Shown here in pieces: positions 16,779-24,000 of a stretch of DNA of 24,000 bases. Below the pieces are notes generated by a model. It had not been told where the DNA came from, did not search any database, and worked only from the letters and a program-made list of their open reading frames with translations. Each line of letters starts with the position of its first letter. Within the stretch, counting starts at the first letter, position 1. The translations under genes were made by a program, and so were the position numbers. Source of the DNA: an uncultured Actinomycetes bacterium (GTDB taxonomy: Bacteria > Actinomycetota > CADDZG01 > WHSQ01); assembly GCA_963756365.1 (NCBI GenBank), contig CAVWNF010000003.1:106598-130597 (forward strand), given 5' to 3'.

Positions 16779-17798
16779 GTGGGCGTAGATAAGTTCTCCA
16801 TAAGGGTTCTCACCGCCGACCTGGAGCTGGCAGAGAAGTTCACGATCGCAACCGAATCGTGGGACTCGGCGAGCAACGTCTTCACGATCATCGAGTACGG
16901 CGGTCACCGCGGGCTCGGTGAAGTCTCACCCGACCCGCGCGGGGGCGACACTGCCGCTTCGGTGGTCGAGGAGATCGAAGCTGTGGATCTCAATCTGCTC
17001 GACGGCCCATTCGATCTTGAAGGCTTAGCGGAGCTCATGCCGGCGTCGGCTGCACGCTGCGCTATCGACATAGCGCTCCATGACCTCGCCGCAACGACGG
17101 CAGGTCTACCTCTGACCTCGTATCTCGGCCTTGCGGGTCGAACGATCCCCGAGACGTCGATGACGATCCCCATCGGTGACCTCGATGTGATGGTCGAGCG
17201 GGCGAAACTGCTGTCGGCATTCCCGATGCTCAAGCTCAAGGTCGGATTCGACGGCGACGTCGCGGCCGTTACCGCGATCAGGGACGTGTTCGGGGGCCGG
17301 ATCAGGGTTGATGCCAACGAGGGATGGAGCGCGTCGGACGCGATCGATCGTCTCGGAGAACTGGCTCGCCTGGATATCGAACTGTGCGAACAGCCGGTTC
17401 CGAAGGGGGATCACGAAGGCTGGGCCCGGGTCAAGGAAGCTTCGTCGATCCCCGTTTTCGCCGACGAGGACGCCGAAGACGCCGCGGGTGTCGCGCGTCT
17501 AGCGGGCCTCGTCGATGGGGTGAACCTCAAGCTCCGGAAGGCCGGCGGTATCAGGGAACTGGTGAAAGCTGCCGCGACCGCTCGTTCTCTTGGGATGAGC
17601 GTGATGATCGGTTGCGACCTCGAGTCCGGGATCGCCGCGTCGGCGGGAGCCAGCGTCGCGTCGCTGTGCGACTTCGTTGACCTGGATGGACCGACGCTCC
17701 TGGCAACAGACCCCTATCCGGGCGTTGCCTACGACGGCGCGCGACTGGTCCTTTCCGAGCGACCGGGCCTGGGTGTCGAGGTCATCCCCGGTGCCTAG
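16779..17798 (+). CDS. Enolase-superfamily dipeptide epimerase / N-acyl amino-acid racemase-like (DgcA-like candidate)
   Basis: Enolase-superfamily barrel motifs: [27 protein letters not shown] and NLKLRKAGG. Start is uncertain (GTG 16779, or ATG 16761 or 16749). Confidence 0.8.
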   Translation: MGVDKFSIRVLTADLELAEKFTIATESWDSASNVFTIIEYGGHRGLGEVSPDPRGGDTAASVVEEIEAVDLNLLDGPFDLEGLAELMPASAARCAIDIALHDLAATTAGLPLTSYLGLAGRTIPETSMTIPIGDLDVMVERAKLLSAFPMLKLKVGFDGDVAAVTAIRDVFGGRIRVDANEGWSASDAIDRLGELARLDIELCEQPVPKGDHEGWARVKEASSIPVFADEDAEDAAGVARLAGLVDGVNLKLRKAGGIRELVKAAATARSLGMSVMIGCDLESGIAASAGASVASLCDFVDLDGPTLLATDPYPGVAYDGARLVLSERPGLGVEVIPGA

Positions 17799-18844
17799 GT
17801 GCTGGCTGGTTCTCGCCGACGGGTTCCTGACCGAGCGGAACGCAAAGACCGCTCACGGCGTACTGCGGTACTCCGAGGATCCGATCGCCGCGATCGTCGA
17901 CCGCGATCATTCCGGCAAGGACCTCGCCGATGTGATGCCCGAACTAGGTCGCTCTGCCCCGATCGTGGCGTCGGTGAAAGAGGGACTCGAACTAGGAGCG
18001 ACGGCCCTTTTGCTAGGGGTGGCGACGCCGGGCGGGTGGCTTCCGGATCACTGGAGGCAGTGGGTCGAAGAGGGTATCGCAGGGGGGTCTCGAGATCGTC
18101 AACGGTCTCCATGGATTCCTCAACGAGGATGCCGCGCTCGTCGCGCTCGCGGCAGAGCACGGTGTTCGTCTGTGGGACGTCCGAGAGCCTCCAACGGATA
18201 TCCCACTCTTCTCGGGTCGAAGCCTCGAGACACCGGCGCGATCGGTGCTCACCGTTGGGAGCGACTGCGCGGTAGGCAAGATGACGACCGCTCTCGAGAT
18301 CGTCAAGGCGGCGCGCGACGGCGGGACGAAGGCCGAGTTCATCGCCACGGGTCAGACCGGGATCATGATCGCGGGCAAGGGCATCGCGGTTGACCGGGTC
18401 ATCTCAGACTTCACGGCTGGAGCCGCCGAGACCCTCGTCATGGACGCTTCTCCCGATTCCGAGTTGCTCATGGTCGAGGGCCAGGGGAGCTTGTGGCATC
18501 CGGCTTACTCGGGCGTGACCCTCGGCCTGCTTCACGGCACCGCGCCGGAAGCTCTCGTGTTCTGCCACCAACCGAACCGTACGCGCATCGAGGAGCCCCC
18601 CTTCACCCAACTGCCGCCTCTTCCGGAGATGATCGAGACCTATGAACATCTGGCCCGGTTCCTCCGTCCGGCCCCCGTGGCGTGCATCTCGTTGAACACA
18701 CGAGGTCTCGAGCAAGACGTCGCCCGGTGGGCGATCGCCGAGATCGAGGAAACAACCGGGATCCCAACGGGTGATGTCTTCAACGGAGATGCGCCGAAAC
18801 TCTGGAGAGCCCTCAAAGAGCGTCTCGGAGAGAAAGAGATCTAG
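17791..18844 (+). pseudogene. DUF1611-family protein (DgcN-like N-acetyltransferase candidate), one frame break as assembled
   Basis: GTG 17791 overlaps the epimerase stop by 8 nt. N-terminal part: LVLADGFLTERNAKTAHGVLRYSEDPIAAIVD...GVATPGGWLPDHWRQWVEEGIAGG. Continues in the next frame: LEIVNGLHGFLNED...VLTVGSDCAVGKMTTALE...ATGQTGIMIAG...EGQGSLWHPAYSGVTLGLLHG. The break is at the six-G run 18082-18087. Confidence 0.85.
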
Positions 18845-20562
18845 GTTTCCGGGGCCTCGGCGGTGTCGAGGATCTCGTCCAGTTTGATCAGGTCTGATGT
18901 CGCGACGATCCCCGCGAGATTCCCGTCATCGTCCACGATGGGCAACGCGTCGGCACCTGCCGTTTCCATCGCCTCGACCGCTTGTTTGATCGTCCACTGA
19001 GGCCGTCCTACCGGAAGATCGGATGCCATCGCCTCCCCCACCGTCGTGGAGGCCCATCGCTCGCGTTCGATCGCTTCTAGTTCCTCCATCCGCATCAGGC
19101 CCAGATAGCGGCCCCCGTCGGTGACGGGGACCGACTTCCGGCGAGCTCCGATCAGGTGGTAGGTCAAGAATTCGTCGAGGGTCGCGGTTGGAGGGATCGT
19201 GTACACGTCGGTCTGGATCGCCGCCGAGATCGGCAGCGAGAAACGTCGTTCGAGGTGGCCAGCGCGAGCCGCACGCTGGTAGGTCGAGACACTCGCCCGA
19301 CCCATGAAGATCTGGGACACCGCCGCGGCGATCAGCGCGGGGACCACGTAACCGGCTCGGCCGGTCGATTCGGCCACGAACACAACGCCAGCGAGTGGAG
19401 TCCTGTAGCCAGCGCCTAGGAACGCTGCGATACCCAGCATCGGGAAGAATGTCGTCGAGGTCGTCCCCACGAGGTTCCCGACGAGCCGCCCCAGCAGGGT
19501 GCCCTGGACGACGAGAGGGATGAAGAGCCCGCCAGTGCCCCCACCCGCGAGGGCCGCGGTTGAGACAACGCCCCTGATCATGAACAGCGCGATGACGAGC
19601 CACGATCCTCGCTCGAACCCAACCGCCCAATCAACGCTCTCGTACCCGGGGCCGAGTCCGAGCGGTTGATGGAACAACGCGTCCGATGCGACCACCGCAA
19701 GAGCGATCACGAGTCCGGCGATCACCACCCTTAGTGCCGGATGACCCTTGCCGGAAAGCTCCTTGGACGCTTTCAGGATCCGGGCGAATCCTCTAGCCCC
19801 CAACCCTGCGAGCAGTCCTAGGATCACGGCTCCGCCGAGGTCCCTCAGATCGAAGGGAGGGGAACCGGCGACTCGGAAGAGCGGCTCGGTGCCCGAGATC
19901 CCCGCGAAGACGACGTAGCTGGTCGCCGATGACACGAGCGCGGGGATCAGAGCTCTCCGAGCGAGGTCGGCTTGGAAGGGCACTTCGAGGGCGAAGATCA
20001 CACCCGTCGCGGGAGCCTTGAAGATCGCGGCGACACCTGCTGCCGCGCCAGCGACCAGCAGCACGTTCGCCTCGTCACGGCCGAAGAGTCGCGTGAAGCG
20101 GTGTTGCAGCGATGCGCCGATCCCTGCACCCGCGTACATCGAAGGTCCTTCGAGTCCTAGTCCACCTCCGCTGCCCAGCGTCGCGATGCCCGCCAAGAGC
20201 CGCGGCGGAACCTTCGCCAACTCGAGTCGCTTGTGACGGTCGTGATACGCCTGGATGTAGGCGTCCGAGGTCATGGGGCTCAGTCCACCGGGTGGGAAGT
20301 AGCGCAGGATAGTGACCGCTACCGCGAGGCCGATACCAGGCAGGACCGCCTGGAGCCACAGGGGCTGCTCGAACAGTCTCCGGAGAGAGACCTCGAGGAT
20401 TATCTCCTCGAATCCCGCCACAACTAGTCCCGTGGCGATGCCCGTGACGAAGGAGAGCAGGACGACTTTCTGCCATCGACGTTTGAAGTCGATGAATGAG
20501 TCGGCAGAGAGGAACGACGGGAGTCGGTTTCTCATCGATCGATCACCCGAGACTCCGTCCAC
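18841..20562 (-). CDS. ClC-family chloride channel/antiporter with C-terminal CBS pair
   Basis: GSGGGLGLEGP selectivity-filter-type motif and GGLFIPLVV. The C-terminal ~140 aa have a CBS-domain pattern (IPPTATLDEFL......VPVTDGGRYLGLM ... ALPIVDDDGNLAGIVATSDLI). Confidence 0.9.
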   Translation of the reverse strand: MDGVSGDRSMRNRLPSFLSADSFIDFKRRWQKVVLLSFVTGIATGLVVAGFEEIILEVSLRRLFEQPLWLQAVLPGIGLAVAVTILRYFPPGGLSPMTSDAYIQAYHDRHKRLELAKVPPRLLAGIATLGSGGGLGLEGPSMYAGAGIGASLQHRFTRLFGRDEANVLLVAGAAAGVAAIFKAPATGVIFALEVPFQADLARRALIPALVSSATSYVVFAGISGTEPLFRVAGSPPFDLRDLGGAVILGLLAGLGARGFARILKASKELSGKGHPALRVVIAGLVIALAVVASDALFHQPLGLGPGYESVDWAVGFERGSWLVIALFMIRGVVSTAALAGGGTGGLFIPLVVQGTLLGRLVGNLVGTTSTTFFPMLGIAAFLGAGYRTPLAGVVFVAESTGRAGYVVPALIAAAVSQIFMGRASVSTYQRAARAGHLERRFSLPISAAIQTDVYTIPPTATLDEFLTYHLIGARRKSVPVTDGGRYLGLMRMEELEAIERERWASTTVGEAMASDLPVGRPQWTIKQAVEAMETAGADALPIVDDDGNLAGIVATSDLIKLDEILDTAEAPET

Positions 20563-20595
20563 ACGTACTTACTAACCCACGCGGGGCGGACCCGT

Positions 20596-21960
20596 TCAGG
20601 GGGAGGGGTTGTGGGCGTCGTAGCGAGCGAACTGTGGGAGTCGCCACGCCATCAGTCCCACCCCGAGGCAGCACAGGACACCGCCCGAGACGACCGCGGT
20701 TCCAAGCGTGGTGAACGAGGCCACGACCCCTGCCTCTAGGTTCCCCAGGCTCGGGCCGCTTGCGACGACGGCAAGCTCCAGGCCGCTGAGTCGCCCGATC
20801 ATGTGATGGGGGGTCGAGGCTTGCAGGATCGCGCTCCGGAAGATGGCACTGATGTCATCGGCCGCACCGGCCATGGACAGGAAGATGACACCCAGGACGA
20901 CCGAACTGGAGAGTCCGAACCCGATCAGGGAGACTCCCCAACCGAGGACCGCGATGTAGACCACCAACCCCTGGCGCCTGATCTTGCCGGTCCAACCACT
21001 CGTCGCCGACGCGATGAGGGCCCCGGCGGCTGGCGCCGCGTACAGAACTCCGAGCACGGCCGGACCGCCGCCGTATCGTCCCAGAGCGAACGCTGGAAAC
21101 AGGGCCTCCGGCATCCCGAACACCATCGCGTTGATGTCCACGATGAAGGAGCCTTGGATGACCTTCCTTCCCTTGAGGAACCTCAGGCCGTCGAACACCG
21201 AGCGGAGACTGACCGGATCGGCATCGTCCATCGGGGGTATCGGTCGGCATCGGTAGACGCACATCATCGAGATCAGGAACGTCAGCGCGTCGATGGCGTA
21301 GGTGAGGGGCAAGCCGACCACGGCGATGAGTGTCCCGGCAATCATCGGGCCGATGATCCCGCCGAGGCTATGAACGGACCCGCTCAGAGCAGCCGCCGCG
21401 GGAAGGTGCTTCTTCTCGAGGAGGAGCGGTGTTGCCGATCGGAGCGCGGGCGCCCCGATCGCGTAGAGGGCCGCCCCTGATGCCGCGAGCACGTACAAGA
21501 CGATGACGTTCCCGTGATCGAGAACGGCGTGGGTGACGAGGATGAGCGATGTCAGAGCGAACAGAGCGTCGGTGACCAGCAGCAATCTGCGGCGATCGAC
21601 CGCATCGGCGATGGCCCCTCCAACCAACGAGAGGAACAAGAGGGGAATCAGCTCGAAGAGTGCGGTGATCCCCACCGCAAGGGTCGAGTTCGTGATCTTG
21701 AAGACCTGGTAGGGGATAGCCACGAAGGTGAGCTGGCTCCCGAGGAAAGAGATCCCCGAGCCCGCCCACAGCAGTCGGTAGTCGCGCGACCTTCGCAACG
21801 GTGTGATGTCCATCGCGACCCCGCGCACCCGTTGATACCAACTACGGGACGGGGGTGGTTCGGGCTCTAGCAAGTCTCTGTCGTCCACTTCGTCACTGTA
21901 GAAGTTCGAGTAGGGCGGACCCTGTCTGACCGGTGACATATCCGACCGCCCACGAGTCAT
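20596..21960 (-). CDS. MFS transporter (EntS/MFS_3-like)
   Basis: 12-TM-type hydrophobic profile. The block DITPLRRSRDYRLLWAGSGISFLGSQLTFVAIPYQV is typical of this MFS subgroup. The start could be ATG 21813 rather than 21960. Confidence 0.85.
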   Translation of the reverse strand: MTRGRSDMSPVRQGPPYSNFYSDEVDDRDLLEPEPPPSRSWYQRVRGVAMDITPLRRSRDYRLLWAGSGISFLGSQLTFVAIPYQVFKITNSTLAVGITALFELIPLLFLSLVGGAIADAVDRRRLLLVTDALFALTSLILVTHAVLDHGNVIVLYVLAASGAALYAIGAPALRSATPLLLEKKHLPAAAALSGSVHSLGGIIGPMIAGTLIAVVGLPLTYAIDALTFLISMMCVYRCRPIPPMDDADPVSLRSVFDGLRFLKGRKVIQGSFIVDINAMVFGMPEALFPAFALGRYGGGPAVLGVLYAAPAAGALIASATSGWTGKIRRQGLVVYIAVLGWGVSLIGFGLSSSVVLGVIFLSMAGAADDISAIFRSAILQASTPHHMIGRLSGLELAVVASGPSLGNLEAGVVASFTTLGTAVVSGGVLCCLGVGLMAWRLPQFARYDAHNPSP

Positions 21961-22096
21961 AACCTCACAGAGTCGACCTGCCCTTCGTTTAGTAGGTGAG
22001 GGGTCGCTTATCGGCTCGGATGGCAGGCTTCACCTTTCTTCCTTCAGAGTTCTGCCGCTGAGGAATCTCAGGCTTCCAGAGAGGGTTCTGCGAAAC

Positions 22097-23071
22097 ATGG
22101 TGACGACGAGGAACGGGACCGAGCACGACGCTCCTTCGTGGCTGGTGTGGGTGGCCCTGTGGACGGTCTATGTGGTGTGGGGCTCGACCTATCTGGCGAT
22201 CCGGATCACCGTCGAGACACTTCCTCCCTTGCTTACCGCTGGAGTGAGGTTCCTGGTCGCCGGTTCGATCGTTCTGGGGATCATCCGGTGGCGCAAAGGC
22301 AGGGACGCTATCCGCCTCACCCGGGCCGAGCTCCTTTCCTGCTGTCTGATCGGTGGCGGGTTGCTCATGGGTGGTAACGGCCTCGTCGTACTCGCCGAGC
22401 AGGAGGTCCCATCGAGCCTCGCTGCACTCCTGATCGCGGCCGTTCCGTTGTGGGTCGTTCTGTGGCGCACGGTCACGGGCGATCGGGTTCAGGGCGGAAC
22501 GCTCATCGGCGTCGCCGTGGGCTTCGTCGGGGTAGCGATCCTGGTCCTGCCGGGCGACCGGCCGAACGGAGCCAGTCTTATGGGTCTAGGGATGGTGATC
22601 CTTGCCTCCCTTATATGGGCGACGAGCTCGTTCATGTCTCCTCGGGTCCAACTCCCTCGCGATCCGTTCCTGTCCACCGGTGTCCAGATGCTGTTCGGCG
22701 CTGGGTGGTTGTTCTTCTTCGGACTCATCGGCGGTGAGGCGTCGGGTATCGATGTCTCGACTTTCTCTACGAGATCGATCCTTGCGCTCGTTTATCTGGT
22801 CGTGTTCGGTTCTCTCTTCGCCTTCACGGCCTACGTGTGGCTATTGCAGAATGCTCCGATCTCAAAGGTCGCGACCTATGCCTATGTCAATCCGGTGATC
22901 GCGATCTTCCTCGGGTGGGCTGTGCTGAGTGAGAGGCTCACGGGCTCGATGATGATCGGGGCGACAGTCATCGTTACCGCGGTCGCTTTCATCGTGACCA
23001 AGGAAGGTCGCGCGAAGCGCCCCGATCTCATCGAGGTGCCACCTACGCTGGTAACCGCCGACATAGATTGA
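22097..23071 (+). CDS. DMT-superfamily transporter (EamA family)
   Basis: 324 aa with about 10 TM segments. Block WLVWVALWTVYVVWGSTYLAIRI ... YAYVNPVIAIFLGWAVLSERLT is typical of EamA/RhaT transporters. Confidence 0.85.
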   Translation: MVTTRNGTEHDAPSWLVWVALWTVYVVWGSTYLAIRITVETLPPLLTAGVRFLVAGSIVLGIIRWRKGRDAIRLTRAELLSCCLIGGGLLMGGNGLVVLAEQEVPSSLAALLIAAVPLWVVLWRTVTGDRVQGGTLIGVAVGFVGVAILVLPGDRPNGASLMGLGMVILASLIWATSSFMSPRVQLPRDPFLSTGVQMLFGAGWLFFFGLIGGEASGIDVSTFSTRSILALVYLVVFGSLFAFTAYVWLLQNAPISKVATYAYVNPVIAIFLGWAVLSERLTGSMMIGATVIVTAVAFIVTKEGRAKRPDLIEVPPTLVTADID

Positions 23072-23079
23072 TCCGAACC

Positions 23080-23106
23080 GCAACCTGGCGCACGTGCTGT
23101 GCGTCT
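23080..23106 (+). promoter_or_regulatory. Possible ECF-type autoregulated promoter
   Basis: GCAAC (23080-23084), 17 nt, then CGTCT (23102-23106), about 12 nt before ATG 23118. This resembles the generic ECF GGAAC-N16-17-CGTC pattern with one mismatch. Weak evidence. Confidence 0.25.
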
Positions 23107-23117
23107 CTTGGGGTGAC

Positions 23118-23618
23118 ATGACACCAGCCTCTGATCGCGACCGCAGCTTCTCGGTGTTCTTCGCCGCACATGCGGAAGACGTCCGCCGACTTGCAGTCTT
23201 TCTCACCAGCGACCCCGAACAGGGCCGCGATCTCGCTCAGGAATCACTCGTACGCACCTACAGGGCGTGGGAACGGATCGAAGGAGACCCTTTCCCGTAC
23301 TGCAAACGGGCGCTCGTGAACCTCGTGAGGAGTGCTCACCGGCGGAAACTCGTTGCCCTCAAACACACTCGGGCGGCCGCCACCGCAGAGGTTGAAGGAT
23401 CTCGTGCCGCGTCAGTGGAGGATTGGATCGTCGTTCGAGACGCTCTCGCCCAACTTTCTCCCGTTCGCCGCGCTGCCGTTGTGATGCGTTTCTACGAGGA
23501 CATGAGCGAAGCGGACATCGCTCGCGCCCTCGATCGTCCGGTCAACACGGTGAAGTCCGACATCCATCGCGGCTTGAAGGCCCTCAGGCCGCACCTCGAA
23601 GAGGCGGTGAGGACATGA
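23118..23618 (+). CDS. ECF-subfamily sigma-70 factor
   Basis: Region 2 is DLAQESLVRTYRAWERI. Region 4 HTH is LSPVRRAAVVMRFYEDMSEADIARALDRPVNTVKSDIHRGLKAL. The start could be the upstream start codon at 23094 listed in the ORF track instead. Confidence 0.85.
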   Translation: MTPASDRDRSFSVFFAAHAEDVRRLAVFLTSDPEQGRDLAQESLVRTYRAWERIEGDPFPYCKRALVNLVRSAHRRKLVALKHTRAAATAEVEGSRAASVEDWIVVRDALAQLSPVRRAAVVMRFYEDMSEADIARALDRPVNTVKSDIHRGLKALRPHLEEAVRT

Positions 23619-24000
23619 GTTTCGAAACGGACCTGAAGGACCGGTTGGCTCGTGCATCTGACGCGATGCCGGGAGCTCCCCTCGAGTTGGGGGAGGTACT
23701 ACCCAGGGCTCGGCGTTCTCGCCGGAACCGCATGGTCGTGATGGCATCTGCCGCAGTGCTTGTGGTCGTCGGCGGCATCACCACAGGGGTGATGCTCATC
23801 GGGTCAGACGACTCGCGTCCCCCAGTCATCAAGCCTGCTGGTCCGGGCCCCTCAGAGAGTGCCCCTGTCGAAGGGGGCCAGAGCTACGACAGCGCGGCCT
23901 CGACCGTCGCCAGGTTCCTCGACGCGATCGGCGTCGATGGGGAACGGGCACGGGCGGAGGCGATGTGGGAGTTCTTCAGTCCGGTGACCAAGGCTCATTT
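23615..24000 (+). CDS. Membrane-anchored protein coupled to the ECF sigma (anti-sigma candidate), 3'-truncated by the window
   Basis: The ATG overlaps the sigma TGA (ATGA). Translation is open to the window end: MSFETDLKDRLARASDAM...RRSRRNRMVVMASAAVLVVVGGITTGVMLIG (single TM), followed by an extracytoplasmic part. No zinc-binding anti-sigma motif seen. Confidence 0.45.
   Translation, partial: MSFETDLKDRLARASDAMPGAPLELGEVLPRARRSRRNRMVVMASAAVLVVVGGITTGVMLIGSDDSRPPVIKPAGPGPSESAPVEGGQSYDSAASTVARFLDAIGVDGERARAEAMWEFFSPVTKAH

Noticed and set aside
1526-18844. Explaining the broken ORFs by selenocysteine recoding (given selC nearby) or by programmed frameshifting
   Set aside because: Homology continues in a different frame, not after an in-frame TGA. 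Reading through the PAC2 TGA at 2143-2145 gives nonsense. No slippery heptamer or conserved stimulatory structure is seen at the eight sites.
18926-21480. Long alternative-frame ORFs within the ClC and MFS genes (18926-19630 minus, 20803-21480 plus, 20075-20476 minus)
   Set aside because: Arg/Gly/Pro-rich compositions typical of off-frame translation of GC-rich membrane-protein genes.
20563-22096. Riboswitch (for example fluoride/crcB) or another structured leader upstream of the ClC or MFS/EamA genes
   Set aside because: The ClC gene follows the MFS stop by only 33 nt and has CBS domains, so it is not the short ClC-F type. The 21961-22096 spacer has small inverted repeats (CCTCAC/GTGAGG, CTGAG/CTCAG) but no riboswitch core motif I recognise.
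1-24000. CRISPR arrays, IS elements, transposases, integrases, phage genes and toxin-antitoxin pairs
   Set aside because: Apart from the selC-associated duplication, I found no regularly spaced repeats, no terminal inverted repeats flanking an ORF, and no recombinase-like translation in any frame.

Overview
High-GC, tightly packed window that looks like chromosomal core. Several traits point to an Actinomycetota-like lineage: a PAC2 gene, an Rv2578c-type radical SAM gene behind a Cheo/LexA box, and several apparently leaderless starts. I call about 27 protein genes and one tRNA-Sec (selC). The protein genes are MarR, YceI, PAC2, a Bacillus-type SigH/Spo0H sigma, a beta-propeller lipoprotein, a nitroreductase, a beta-class SPPY DNA methyltransferase and a large secreted HExxH protease. 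They also include an AI-2E transporter, a class-III aminotransferase-mmsA pair, two EamA transporters, TetR, HtpX, a dipeptide-epimerase/DUF1611 pair, a ClC channel, an MFS transporter and an ECF sigma with a membrane partner. I saw no CRISPR array, transposase, integrase or recognisable multi-gene defence island, so I cannot honestly name a new system. The leads worth a second look are: (1) selC is followed head-to-tail by a degenerate copy of its own 3' half plus trailer, which resembles an att site. (2) A Spo0H-family sigma sits in an otherwise actinobacterial-looking context, directly upstream of PAC2. (3) Eight single-base frame breaks fall in five conserved genes, seven of them behaving as one extra base. 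(4) TAG is the majority stop codon (14 of 23 called genes), and three convergent gene pairs share a CTAG. (5) A canonical LexA box is embedded in a leaderless promoter. (6) The epimerase/DUF1611 pair resembles DgcA/DgcN. (7) The methyltransferase appears to be an orphan. All family assignments come from motif recognition by eye, not from database searches.
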